Shown: positions 1-9,409 of the stretch, in pieces
Layout: each line of letters starts with the position of its first letter
Position numbering within the stretch: position 1 is the stretch's first letter
Assembly: GCA_963697895.1 (NCBI GenBank)
Contig: OY969100.1
Location: forward strand, 1,344,001 to 1,408,000
Direction of reading: 5' to 3'
Source of the DNA: an uncultured Methanomicrobiales archaeon
GTDB lineage: Archaea > Halobacteriota > Methanomicrobia > Methanomicrobiales > Methanospirillaceae
DNA length: 64,000 nt
Notes under the pieces: generated by a model
Told to the model about the DNA's origin: nothing
Databases searched by the model: none
Seen by the model: only the letters and a program-made list of their open reading frames with translations
Translations under genes and position numbers: made by a program

Positions 1-739
1 TGAACGGGGGATATACCTCATCGACACCGCGGGAACGGGGATCGGCCAGATCAACGGACTTTCCGTCATGGAAATGGGCGATTTTGCATTCGGGAGACCA
101 TCCCGCGTAACCGCGAGCGTCGCGGTCGGCCGGGACGGGATCATCGACATCGAACGGCAGGCAGATCTGGGCGGACCGACCCATACCAAGGGGGTCCTCA
201 TCCTCGGGGGGTACCTCGCGAACAAATATGCACAGGACAAACCCTTCAACCTCTCTGCAAAACTCGTGTTCGAGCAGAGCTATGGCGGAGTGGACGGTGA
301 CAGTGCATCGAGTACCGAGCTCTACGCTATCCTGTCGGCCCTCTCCGGCCTGCCGATCACCCAGTCCCTCGCGGTTACCGGCTCGGTGAACCAGCGGGGA
401 GAAGTCCAGGCGATCGGAGGGGTGAACGAGAAGCTCGAGGGCTTCTTCGAGGTCTGCAAGGCAAAAGGCCTGGATGGAAAGCAGGGCGCCATGATTCCTG
501 CGAGCAACGTCCAGAACCTGATGCTCAAGGAGGAGATCCTCGAGGCGGCAAAGGCAGGGAAATTCAGGATCTACCCGGTGAAGACGATCGACGAGGGGAT
601 CGAAGTGCTGACCGGCGTGCCGGCCGGGGAACGGAAACCGGACGGGACCTATCCGGAGGGAACGGTCAATTACCTGGTCAACAAGAGGCTGAAAGACATG
701 GCCGAGACGTTTAAGGAGTTCCAGGTGCAGGCAAATTAA
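1..739 (+). CDS. Lon-family (S16) protease, C-terminal proteolytic domain; 5'-truncated by window edge
   Basis: Frame is open from position 2 (ERGIYLIDTAGTGIGQINGLSVM...). Contains VDGDSASSTE (catalytic Ser) and AIGGVNEKLEGF (catalytic Lys) of the Lon Ser-Lys dyad. Confidence 0.9.
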   Translation, partial: ERGIYLIDTAGTGIGQINGLSVMEMGDFAFGRPSRVTASVAVGRDGIIDIERQADLGGPTHTKGVLILGGYLANKYAQDKPFNLSAKLVFEQSYGGVDGDSASSTELYAILSALSGLPITQSLAVTGSVNQRGEVQAIGGVNEKLEGFFEVCKAKGLDGKQGAMIPASNVQNLMLKEEILEAAKAGKFRIYPVKTIDEGIEVLTGVPAGERKPDGTYPEGTVNYLVNKRLKDMAETFKEFQVQAN

Positions 740-849
740 TGCCGCACCTCACCCCTGAATTCTTTTTCTCAAGAAGATCCTCTTCTGACAGGTCCCGGGG
801 AATCCCCCGAAGGATCTTTGGGTCCAAAACCCCGGGAGATCGATTGCAC

Positions 850-1071
850 TCATGGATATTTGTGAGCGTCGACTTCCACGTTTTTCTCCAGTCTCCTGAT
901 GGAAATCTCGATGGTTTTGACCGGCTCGTCGAGATGTTTGAGCGTGTGGGAAAACCCCACGATCGTGTTTGCCAGCGTCTCCTGGATAAAATTGTTTAAC
1001 GGTAATCCGGTCCCGTTTATCCGGATTTCTGTTTCAAAATGCCGGTTTATAATGCGATGTTCTGGATCCAT
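850..1071 (-). CDS. small protein resembling the stand-alone C-terminal domain of archaeal MobB
   Basis: 73 aa with pattern IRINGTGLPLNNFIQETLANTIVGFSHTLK...IEISI; recognised by eye only. Confidence 0.55.
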   Translation of the reverse strand: MDPEHRIINRHFETEIRINGTGLPLNNFIQETLANTIVGFSHTLKHLDEPVKTIEISIRRLEKNVEVDAHKYP

Positions 1072-1076
1072 GTGTA

Positions 1077-1283
1077 TCAGGTTTGATGAATCATTCCGGT
1101 GACTAAATAATTTCGGTCGGGGTACAACATCGGAAGTTCTTTCCCGTCGATAGATAACCCCACCCCGGAATAATTTCCATTCTTCATACTTTCAAGGAAC
1201 GTTCGTATCCGATGATTCCTGGCTTTTTCTCCTTCTCGCACGAGATCGAAACCGTTCTTAGTTTGATCCGCTTTGGCTTGCAT
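1077..1283 (-). CDS. hypothetical small protein
   Basis: 68-aa ATG ORF ending 5 bp before the next minus-strand gene; LSIDGKELPM loosely echoes the neighbour. Confidence 0.35.
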   Translation of the reverse strand: MQAKADQTKNGFDLVREGEKARNHRIRTFLESMKNGNYSGVGLSIDGKELPMLYPDRNYLVTGMIHQT

Positions 1284-1503
1284 GAAGGGATCTCCCTGCC
1301 TGCTCGTGATTCAGAGCGTCAGGTTGCAGAAAAATTCGAAGGGTGGCAAAGACATATATCAGAATAACCCCGTTGCTCTGCACCTTCGTGCGATGAACAT
1401 GCTATATAAAAGGGCTGAAAGAAATAGCCACCGTGTAAAACATGAGGCATGATCTGCGTTTCCAGCGAAATCTATATCCACAAGGAGGTACTTTAGCACA
1501 CCT

Positions 1504-1917
1504 GTGATCGACATGATCGGAGAAATGATCGGGGAATTAACGGGAAAGGTGGTGGGGACGCGGATCCTTCGCCACTATGGTGGAGAACTGAAGATCGAGA
1601 GGACTATCGAGGCCAAGGGAAAGATCCTCGGGGAAGAGGTGACCTTTGTCGCGACGACCTGGTCGAAGAACAGGCCCGAGGGGGGCATGTTCACGAAAGG
1701 GGACGGGGTGCTCATGACAAAGAAGGGGGATATGGCGATGCTGCATGGAACCGGCATCTCTCTCCCGGGGAAGGGGCCCGGCTGGAGTATCCGGGGCGCC
1801 CGGTATCTCCAGACCAAATCGCCGGCATTGAGCCGGCTCAATAATGTGGCCCTGGTCTTCGAGATCGATATCGGTCCGGACGGGGCATACCACGACAAGT
1901 GGTGGGAGTGGAAGTAA
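1504..1917 (+). CDS. conserved hypothetical beta-rich protein
   Basis: 137 aa, host-like codon usage, upstream AAGGAGG at ~1482, ends WWEWK. True start may be 1513 or 1525. Confidence 0.7.
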   Translation: MIDMIGEMIGELTGKVVGTRILRHYGGELKIERTIEAKGKILGEEVTFVATTWSKNRPEGGMFTKGDGVLMTKKGDMAMLHGTGISLPGKGPGWSIRGARYLQTKSPALSRLNNVALVFEIDIGPDGAYHDKWWEWK

Positions 1918-1962
1918 GATCCGGCGGCGACGGACCGGACCGGAACAGAAGATCCTTTTTTT
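1918..1962 (+). terminator. probable archaeal oligo-T terminator
   Basis: T7 run at 1956-1962 shortly after the stop at 1917. Confidence 0.35.
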
Positions 1963-2068
1963 CGATTCCCGGGAATACGGGTCACCGGGATGTATCCCGA
2001 CAGGGTATCCCTGCCGTATGAGATGATTTCCAGCAGGTTTTTATAGAATATCGGGAGAATCTCCCTTT

Positions 2069-2761
2069 ATGTCGGTTCAGGAGCAGGGGGATCTTCTCCG
2101 GATTCTCACGTACATCATTCTGTCGACCGCGATCATCTTCTATATGGACGTTATCACGCCCCTCGGTCTCGTGGTATGGATCCTCTATCTCATCCCCCTC
2201 TTCCTGACGATATACCTCGTCTGGAAATATGCACCCTTCGTTGCGACGGCGGTCTTTATCCTCCTCATCGCCGCGAGCTATTTCCTTTCCCCAAGGGATA
2301 CTTCCGCTCTTTACGCCATATTTAACCGGGTCTTCTTTTCGCTGATGCTGATCATCACCTCATTTTTCATCTGGAGCTATCGGCAGAATGTGGAAAATCT
2401 CCGTTTGAGCGAGGAACGGTACCGATACCTCACGGAATGGTCTCCCGATGCCGTCATTGTGTACCGGGACGGGAAAATTCTTTATTCGAATCCTGCAGGT
2501 GTGCGACTCCTCGGGGCGAAATCAGTCGACGAACTCATCGGGAGAGACATCATTGAGCGGCTGGATCCGGGCGAGCGCGATCTGGTTGGGCAGAGACTTA
2601 CTCAGGCAGCACTCGGCGCACGGATGACGCTCGACGAGATGCATATACATCGGATGAGCGGGGATGATATCCGGGTGAAAGCTTCGCTCGGTAAGATCAT
2701 CTGGGATCAGGAGACGGCCGTACAGATCATTCTCCACGATATCGGCGAAAAAATACCTTAA
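2069..2761 (+). CDS. membrane protein with ~4 TM helices and one PAS domain, no output domain
   Basis: Hydrophobic N-half, then SEERYRYLTEWSPDAVIVYRDGKILYSNPAG...VQIILHDI (PAS S-box). Confidence 0.85.
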   Translation: MSVQEQGDLLRILTYIILSTAIIFYMDVITPLGLVVWILYLIPLFLTIYLVWKYAPFVATAVFILLIAASYFLSPRDTSALYAIFNRVFFSLMLIITSFFIWSYRQNVENLRLSEERYRYLTEWSPDAVIVYRDGKILYSNPAGVRLLGAKSVDELIGRDIIERLDPGERDLVGQRLTQAALGARMTLDEMHIHRMSGDDIRVKASLGKIIWDQETAVQIILHDIGEKIP

Positions 2762-3048
2762 GAAAGATATTCCTTCACGTACCGGACGGAATGCCCGGTC
2801 AGGGAAAGATGTAAAGTCCTGAATACCCGCCCGACTCTATTTATTTCTCAACTGTCCTTCAGGCATAACGGGAGAAAGCCTTTATCACCTCAGGCCGAAA
2901 TCTCCAATAGGTTCCGATGTGTCATCATGCATATATATAAGAGAGGATCTTATGAATCGAGATCGATTCCGGCATGATCCGCAATCCTCCTCATCTCATA
3001 TATCGGGGGATTTCTCGCAACCGGGAACCGCGATGATGGTGATTTAAC

Positions 3049-5448
3049 ATGAACAGGTTCATGAGTTATACGATTGCATTCATCCTGATACTATCCTTAT
3101 GCGGGGCTTTTGCTACCGGATCATCCGTCAAGAACGATCCGGGGGAACCGAAGATCCTTTCAGAGGCTCCTCATGGCAGGATCTTCGATGAATTTGTGAA
3201 GAATGCAACATTCAGGGAGAAATTCCGGCAACAATATCAGGGAAAACGGTTAGGGTACGTGCCGGCACCGGTAGATGTTCTCCGCACCAAACCGGTGGGG
3301 GTGACTGCCACCCCTGATACCGGGGGCTCGGCGCTCATTACCGGAGCAAGCGGAGCTGCAGAGGGATCGCGGTTCGATCTCCGTGACTCGGGTCTCCTCC
3401 CGCCGGTGAGGGACCAGGGTAATTGCGGGTCCTGCTGGGCATTTGCATCCTTTGGGTCGGAGGAATCTGCACTTTTACCCGGAGAAGCATGGGATCTTTC
3501 GGAGAATAACCTGAAAAATACCCATGGGTTCGACCTGGGGCCCTGCGACGGGGGAAATTACCTGATGTCCACCGCATATCTCACCCGCTGGTCAGGACCG
3601 GTCAATGAATCGGATGACCCGTACAACGTCGGATCCGGCACTTCTCCCGCGAATCTCAAAGCGGTCGGGCATGTGCAGGAGGTCCTCCTCCTCCCCGATC
3701 GGACCGGCGCACAGGACAACGGGGTGATCAAGGATGCGCTCGTGAACTCAGGGGCGGTCTATTCCACGATCTATTTCGATTCCGGTTATTATAACGCCCC
3801 TCTTCACACCTATTACTACCCCGGGGGATCGTCGCCAAACCATGCGATCGATATCGTGGGATGGGATGATACCTACTCCGCGAACAACTTTTCACCGAAG
3901 CCTGCGGGTGACGGTGCGTTTATCGTACGGAACAGCTGGGGATCCGGCTGGGGAGAAGGAGGATATTTCTATGTCTCCTACTACGACTCCCGAATCGGGG
4001 ATGACAGTTGTATATTCTCCGCTTCCGAGCCCGCCTCGAACTACAACACGGTGTACCAGTACGATCCTCTCGGGCTGACGACCGCATACGGATATTCCCG
4101 GTCTACAACGGGATGGGCCGCAAATGTATTCATTCCCACGCAGGACGACACGATCCAGTCTGCAGGATTCTATACCCTTGGTCCGGATTCGACGTACACG
4201 GTCTCCGTGTATACCGGGGTATCTTCATCGCCCACCTCGGGTACTCTTGCAGCGACGACGTCCGGGACGACTCCCTATGCAGGATTTCACACGATAGCGA
4301 TCTCCCCGGTGGCGGTGAAGGCCGGACAGAAGTTCTCCGTCGTGGTGAGACTGAACTCACCCGGAGTCTCCTACCCGATCCCCGCGGAAGCGCCGATCTC
4401 CGGGTATTCGGGCAAAGCGTCGGCATCTTCCGGCCAGAGTTATATCAGCAGCAGTGGAAGTTCCTGGTCCGATCTCTCATCATCCCGGGTCAATATCTGT
4501 ATCAAGGCGTTTGGCAGGCGCACCCAGCAGCTCACCGCAGATTTCACGGCGAATATCACGAGCGGTCCGGCACCGCTCACCGTCCAGTTTACAGACCGGT
4601 CGGCCGGTACCGGGACCCTGTCATGGTCATGGGATGTCAATGGCGATAACCAGCCCGAATACACCATGCAAAATCCTGTTCATTGCTTTACCAACCCCGG
4701 CCTCTATACCGTCGCTCTCACCGTGAGCAACGGGACCGTCAGCGCCACGATGACCCGGAATCAGTATATCAACGTCACGCCCGCACTCCCGCCGACCGGA
4801 AGCATTAAAGTTAATTCGGCGCCGTCCGGTGCCTCGATCTTCCTCGATGGGAACATGACGGTGAAGGGGACTACGAATACCACCTTAAACGGGGTTTCGG
4901 TGGGAACGCACGCGGTAAAACTGACGCGTTCCGGGTATACCGACTGGACCGGTCAGGTGACCGTCACAGGGGGCCAGACCAGCACGATCTCCGCCTCATT
5001 GACACCGGTACCGACCGGAAGTATCAGAGTGAATTCGGCCCCGTCCGGTGCCTCGATCTTCCTCGACGGGAGTACGACAGTGAAGGGGACCACGAATACC
5101 ACCCTGAACGGGATATTGACCGGAACGCACGCGGTAAAACTGACCCGCTCCGGGTACACCGACTGGACCGGAACGGTCAACGTCACAGGGGGCCAGACCA
5201 GCACGATCACCGCAGTTCTGACCCGGGTGGTTACGACCGGGCAGATTCATGTGATCTCCACACCTTCGGGCGGGAGTGTCTCTATCGATGGCAGCAGTAA
5301 AGGAGTTACCCCGGTAACGGTTACGAATGTCAATGCGGGAACCCGCCAGGTGACCGTGCGAAAGAGCGGCTATCGCACCTGGACCGGGACCGCCAGCGTG
5401 ACTGCGGGTAAAACGACCGAGATCAGTGCGGTGCTGAGGCGCTCCTGA
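3049..5448 (+). CDS. secreted papain-family (C1A) cysteine protease with lectin-like, PKD and 3 PEGA domains
   Basis: Signal peptide; catalytic motifs DQGNCGSCWAF, NHAIDIVGW and RNSWG; PKD (GPAPLTVQFTD...WSWD...PGLYTVALTV); PEGA repeats (VNSAPSGASIFLDG). Confidence 0.93.
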   Translation: MNRFMSYTIAFILILSLCGAFATGSSVKNDPGEPKILSEAPHGRIFDEFVKNATFREKFRQQYQGKRLGYVPAPVDVLRTKPVGVTATPDTGGSALITGASGAAEGSRFDLRDSGLLPPVRDQGNCGSCWAFASFGSEESALLPGEAWDLSENNLKNTHGFDLGPCDGGNYLMSTAYLTRWSGPVNESDDPYNVGSGTSPANLKAVGHVQEVLLLPDRTGAQDNGVIKDALVNSGAVYSTIYFDSGYYNAPLHTYYYPGGSSPNHAIDIVGWDDTYSANNFSPKPAGDGAFIVRNSWGSGWGEGGYFYVSYYDSRIGDDSCIFSASEPASNYNTVYQYDPLGLTTAYGYSRSTTGWAANVFIPTQDDTIQSAGFYTLGPDSTYTVSVYTGVSSSPTSGTLAATTSGTTPYAGFHTIAISPVAVKAGQKFSVVVRLNSPGVSYPIPAEAPISGYSGKASASSGQSYISSSGSSWSDLSSSRVNICIKAFGRRTQQLTADFTANITSGPAPLTVQFTDRSAGTGTLSWSWDVNGDNQPEYTMQNPVHCFTNPGLYTVALTVSNGTVSATMTRNQYINVTPALPPTGSIKVNSAPSGASIFLDGNMTVKGTTNTTLNGVSVGTHAVKLTRSGYTDWTGQVTVTGGQTSTISASLTPVPTGSIRVNSAPSGASIFLDGSTTVKGTTNTTLNGILTGTHAVKLTRSGYTDWTGTVNVTGGQTSTITAVLTRVVTTGQIHVISTPSGGSVSIDGSSKGVTPVTVTNVNAGTRQVTVRKSGYRTWTGTASVTAGKTTEISAVLRRS
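4792..5229 (+). repeat. intragenic tandem duplication of a PEGA domain, 219-bp period
   Basis: ccgaccggaag...ccgtccggtgcctcgatcttcctcga...gggggccagaccagcacgatc begins at 4792 and again at 5011 with high nucleotide identity. Confidence 0.9.
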
Positions 5449-5529
5449 TTTTTACCCGGGATTATAGTATATCAATTTTTCAATCGATTGCGGGAAAGTT
5501 GATTGCCGGAGCAGATATATGATGTGCTG

Positions 5530-6363
5530 ATGGGTCGGTTTTCATGGCGGTACCTGGCAGGGATCTTCATTATTTTGTTTACGTGTGCCCTGTTTGCCGG
5601 TTGCCTGGGGTCTCCCGGATCCCCTGAACCGACACCTGCACCGACGGGAACGATTCAGGAACCGGCCACACCGGCTACACCTCCCCCCACGCTTCCGCCT
5701 TCTGCCGGGAATACCAGCGAGAACTGGGCCGGGTACGTGGTCCAGACCGGGTTTGATAAACCCAGGATGTACGCGGTCGACGCGGTGGAAGCGACCTGGA
5801 ATGTACCTGCAGTGAACTGCTCCGGTACCCGCGGGGATTACTCCGCAGCGTTCTGGATCGGGATCGACGGCTTCACCTCCCCGAATGTCATCCAGATCGG
5901 GACCGAATCGGATTGCGTGCAGGGTGAGCCCGAGTACTACGGCTGGTACGAACTCTACCCGCAGGACAGCGTCAACCTGAACATGCCCCTCAACCCGGGG
6001 GACGAGGTCCATGCCCGGGTCGAATATGTAGGGAATGACACCTTTCAGCTCTCCATCACCGACACGACGACCAGAGAGAGTTTTACAATCAGGCAGGTGA
6101 GCCCCGGTGCCGCCCGCAGCTCGGGGGAATGGATCGGCGAGGCCCCGGTTCTCCGGCGCAGGATCCTCCCTCTCGCCAACTTCGGCCCGGTGGAATTCAC
6201 CAACGTCTCTGTAACGGTGAACGGCGTGACCGGCCCCGTCAGCAGCTCCGGGTGGCAAAACCTGCCCATTATCATGAAAACGAGGGGCGGAAGCATACGG
6301 GCGATCCCGACGTTCCTCTCTTCCCAGGGGCAGGGGTTCCGAATCATCTGGGAACATTCCTGA
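5530..6363 (+). CDS. G1 family glutamic endopeptidase (eqolisin), probable lipoprotein
   Basis: Lipobox-like LFAGC and Pro/Thr linker; family motifs SENWAGY, WIGIDG, VIQIGT (catalytic Gln), WYELYP, SGEWIGEAP (catalytic Glu), LANFGPVEF. Confidence 0.88.
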   Translation: MGRFSWRYLAGIFIILFTCALFAGCLGSPGSPEPTPAPTGTIQEPATPATPPPTLPPSAGNTSENWAGYVVQTGFDKPRMYAVDAVEATWNVPAVNCSGTRGDYSAAFWIGIDGFTSPNVIQIGTESDCVQGEPEYYGWYELYPQDSVNLNMPLNPGDEVHARVEYVGNDTFQLSITDTTTRESFTIRQVSPGAARSSGEWIGEAPVLRRRILPLANFGPVEFTNVSVTVNGVTGPVSSSGWQNLPIIMKTRGGSIRAIPTFLSSQGQGFRIIWEHS

Positions 6364-6524
6364 CCCCCAAAGAGGGATGTCCCTTATTTAATGTTTATAA
6401 CAGGGTTAAAACCGGAAAATACGGGTGAATTTTCCCCTTACCGATAGGCTGAACCGCGACCATCCTGTTATTTTATGAACCCTTCCGGGGTACATTGCCC
6501 TGTAACGACGGTCGAGGTATCGGT

Positions 6525-8255
6525 ATGAACCTGACAAAAACACTTCTTCTGATGATTGCGCTCACGCTCGCGGGAGCGATCTCCGTGCAGGCTGTTTCGG
6601 GCGGGACCCTGTCCGGGAATCCGTCAACCGTATCGGAGAGTGATCCCTATAATCCGTTCAACAATGGCATTGTCGATCCACTCGCTGCCCAACCCGGGGC
6701 ACCGGGAACTCTGCACCCGGATATGACCTGTCCGGCTTTGCCGGATGTTCTGGTAATCAACGGGCCGATAGCGGAAACTCCGGTTCAGAACCAGGTATAC
6801 CCGGCGTCCGATCTCCCACCCATGCCGGTTTTACCGGATCCGGCATCCAATCCCTCACCCGTACCGGCTCAGCCGGATCCGGTACCCTGTCCGGCACCGC
6901 TGATCCCGAATTCTCCCCAACCTTCGGATACTTCTCCACCGTTATCCGTTCCAGTGCCTGCGATCCCGTACACGCCCCTCTCCCCTTCAGGAGATCAGGC
7001 ACCGGTGATTCCGGGTTTGCCTGTTTCTCCTTCGGGCGTGCCGGCACCGGAGCCCATCTCTCTGCCTCCCGCATCTCCTTCTCCGCAGTCGGAACAGAAC
7101 GTGGTGGATGCGAACAACCGGTTCGGGTTCGATTTGTACTCGAACCTCAGTAAAGACCCGGACAGCTCGGGAAGCAACCTCTTCTTCTCGCCGTTCTCTC
7201 TCTCCTCCGCCCTCGCACTCGTGTACGAAGGCGCCCGTGGCACCACCGCAGATGAAATCCGGTCGGTATTTCACTTACCGGAAGAGGATGGCGTACGGAG
7301 GCAGGGATTCGCAGAGATCAATGCGGGCATGAACAGCGGGGACAGCGGGTATGCTCTCCGCACTGCGAACGCGCTGTGGGCGGAAATGACGTATCCGTTC
7401 CTCCCCGAATATATCAGCACCGCGGAACAATGGTATTCTGCACCCGTCACGAGCCTTGATTTTATCACCAGGCCCGAGGACTCCCGGAAAATTATCAACA
7501 CGTGGGTGGAGGACCGGACGAATGGCAAGATCCAGGACCTTTTACCGGCCGGCGCAATAGATCCCTCCACCCGGCTGGTGATCACCAATGCCGTATATTT
7601 CAAAGGGACCTGGGTGAAGCAGTTCGACAAGAATGAGACAAGAGAAGCAGACTTCACAATCACGCCCGGTGTCCCGGTTGGCACGACAACACGCGTTCAG
7701 ATGATGCAGAGGACGGACAAAGATGCGATATTCAATTACACGGAGACCGATCGCTTCCAGGCGCTCGAGCTGCCCTATGCGCACGAGAGCGGGAAACAAT
7801 TGTCCATGCTCGTCATCCTCCCGAAAGGCACCGACCTTGCATCGGTGGAAAATTCCCTGGATACCAGGGACCTGTCTTCCCTGAGAAATTCGCTCGCCCC
7901 GGGGCGGGTGGACGTGTACTTCCCGAAGTTCCGGCTCGAGACGACCTACGACCTCCCCGATACCCTCGCCGCCATGGGAATGCCGACCGCGTTCTCCGAC
8001 TCGGCCGATTTCTCGGGGATGGATGGGACACGGTCCCTTTCCATCTCGGATGTTATCCACAAGGCCTTCATCGACGTGAACGAGGAGGGGACCGAGGCCG
8101 CGGCGGCGACCGCCGTGGAGATCTATGCAACAGGGATGTTACCCCGTGAAACAATCCCCGTATTCCGGGCGGACCACCCGTTCCTCTTCCTGATCATCGA
8201 TGACGAGACCGGCAACATCCTGTTCATGGGACGGCTCGTAAACCCGAACGGGTAG
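6525..8255 (+). CDS. secreted serpin with long Pro-rich N-terminal extension
   Basis: Signal peptide and ~170 aa Pro/Ser-rich linker; NLFFSPFSLSSAL, NAVYFKGTW, hinge VNEEGTEAAAAT, signature FRADHPFLFLI...LFMG. Confidence 0.95.
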   Translation: MNLTKTLLLMIALTLAGAISVQAVSGGTLSGNPSTVSESDPYNPFNNGIVDPLAAQPGAPGTLHPDMTCPALPDVLVINGPIAETPVQNQVYPASDLPPMPVLPDPASNPSPVPAQPDPVPCPAPLIPNSPQPSDTSPPLSVPVPAIPYTPLSPSGDQAPVIPGLPVSPSGVPAPEPISLPPASPSPQSEQNVVDANNRFGFDLYSNLSKDPDSSGSNLFFSPFSLSSALALVYEGARGTTADEIRSVFHLPEEDGVRRQGFAEINAGMNSGDSGYALRTANALWAEMTYPFLPEYISTAEQWYSAPVTSLDFITRPEDSRKIINTWVEDRTNGKIQDLLPAGAIDPSTRLVITNAVYFKGTWVKQFDKNETREADFTITPGVPVGTTTRVQMMQRTDKDAIFNYTETDRFQALELPYAHESGKQLSMLVILPKGTDLASVENSLDTRDLSSLRNSLAPGRVDVYFPKFRLETTYDLPDTLAAMGMPTAFSDSADFSGMDGTRSLSISDVIHKAFIDVNEEGTEAAAATAVEIYATGMLPRETIPVFRADHPFLFLIIDDETGNILFMGRLVNPNG

Positions 8256-8341
8256 GATCTTTCGGACCGCCGGTTTATTGGCAAAGCCGGCGGGAAAGAT
8301 AATGCGATCGTGAAAAGGAGGGAGAAGAAGATCTCTAGTCG

Positions 8342-9205
8342 TTATCTTCTTTTCACCGCAAGATATGCTGCCACGATAATTCCGCCCCCACAGAGCCAGA
8401 TCGGAAGCGGAATTCCCTTCTTTGTGGTGACCGGAGGTTGTCCGGAGGTGGTTGCGGCGGGTGATGCGGCCGGAGGTTGTCCGGCGGTGGTCGCCTGAAC
8501 GAGGGTCTGTGTTTGTCCCGGGGACGCAGGTGTTCCGGTTGTTCCTGTCAGGTTTGCCAGTGCGGCTTCTTTTGCGGTTTTAGCCAGCGTATAATTCGGT
8601 TCGATCGACAGGGCCTTGTCATACGCAGAGATCGCCCCGGGGTAATCTCCTGTTGCGGCCAGTGCATCTCCTTCACTCACCCACGCACCGGCATGCCCCG
8701 GCTCGAGACTGAGGGCTTTTTGATACAGTGGAATTGCTTCGGAATACCGTCCCAGTGCCGAGAGCGCATTAGCTTTCCCGTAATAGGCGAGGTACCCATA
8801 TTCCGGGTATATCGTGAGGGCCTTGTCATACGCCGCGATCGCCTCGTCATACCGCCCGAGCCCGTACAGTGCATTGCCTTTCTGATACCAGGCTTTCGCA
8901 TATGAAGGGTTGATCGCGATCGCCTTGTCGAAGGCATCATTTGCTTCCGCATACCTGCCAAGAGCGTTCAGTGCAATTCCTTTGCCGCAAAATGCCGGGG
9001 CCGACCGGGGGTCGAGGGCAATCGATTGATTATAGTATCCGATTGCCTGTTCGTACTGCCCCTGGTCAACCGCCTCATCTCCCATGATCACATAGTTCCC
9101 CGCCGACTGTGCAATAACCGGGGCACCGAATGCGGCAATACCTGCAACGAAGATGCAGATGATGCTCATCCGTCTCAGAAACCGATCTATCATCAAGAGG
9201 ACCAT
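8342..9205 (-). CDS. secreted TPR-repeat protein with C-terminal membrane anchor
   Basis: Signal peptide, ~5 TPRs (AWYQKGNALYGLGRYDEAIAAYDKAL), Thr/Pro/Ala linker, TM helix and basic tail (VAAYLAVKRR). Confidence 0.9.
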   Translation of the reverse strand: MVLLMIDRFLRRMSIICIFVAGIAAFGAPVIAQSAGNYVIMGDEAVDQGQYEQAIGYYNQSIALDPRSAPAFCGKGIALNALGRYAEANDAFDKAIAINPSYAKAWYQKGNALYGLGRYDEAIAAYDKALTIYPEYGYLAYYGKANALSALGRYSEAIPLYQKALSLEPGHAGAWVSEGDALAATGDYPGAISAYDKALSIEPNYTLAKTAKEAALANLTGTTGTPASPGQTQTLVQATTAGQPPAASPAATTSGQPPVTTKKGIPLPIWLCGGGIIVAAYLAVKRR

Positions 9206-9409
9206 CTCCCTGGCACAGACACCATGCCAGTGAGGTAACCTGGGAATATGAGGAGAAAAAAGTTGCTTTTATCTGTCGTTCCTCCCCACCGGCTAAGCTC
9301 CTCCGCCGAATACACAGACTCTTCATATAGAGCATGGCAGTATTTTCCCTCCGCCGGGAGAGTAAATCTCCTGGAGAGCCTCGGAGCGATGAGGGGAGAG
9401 AAATAATAT

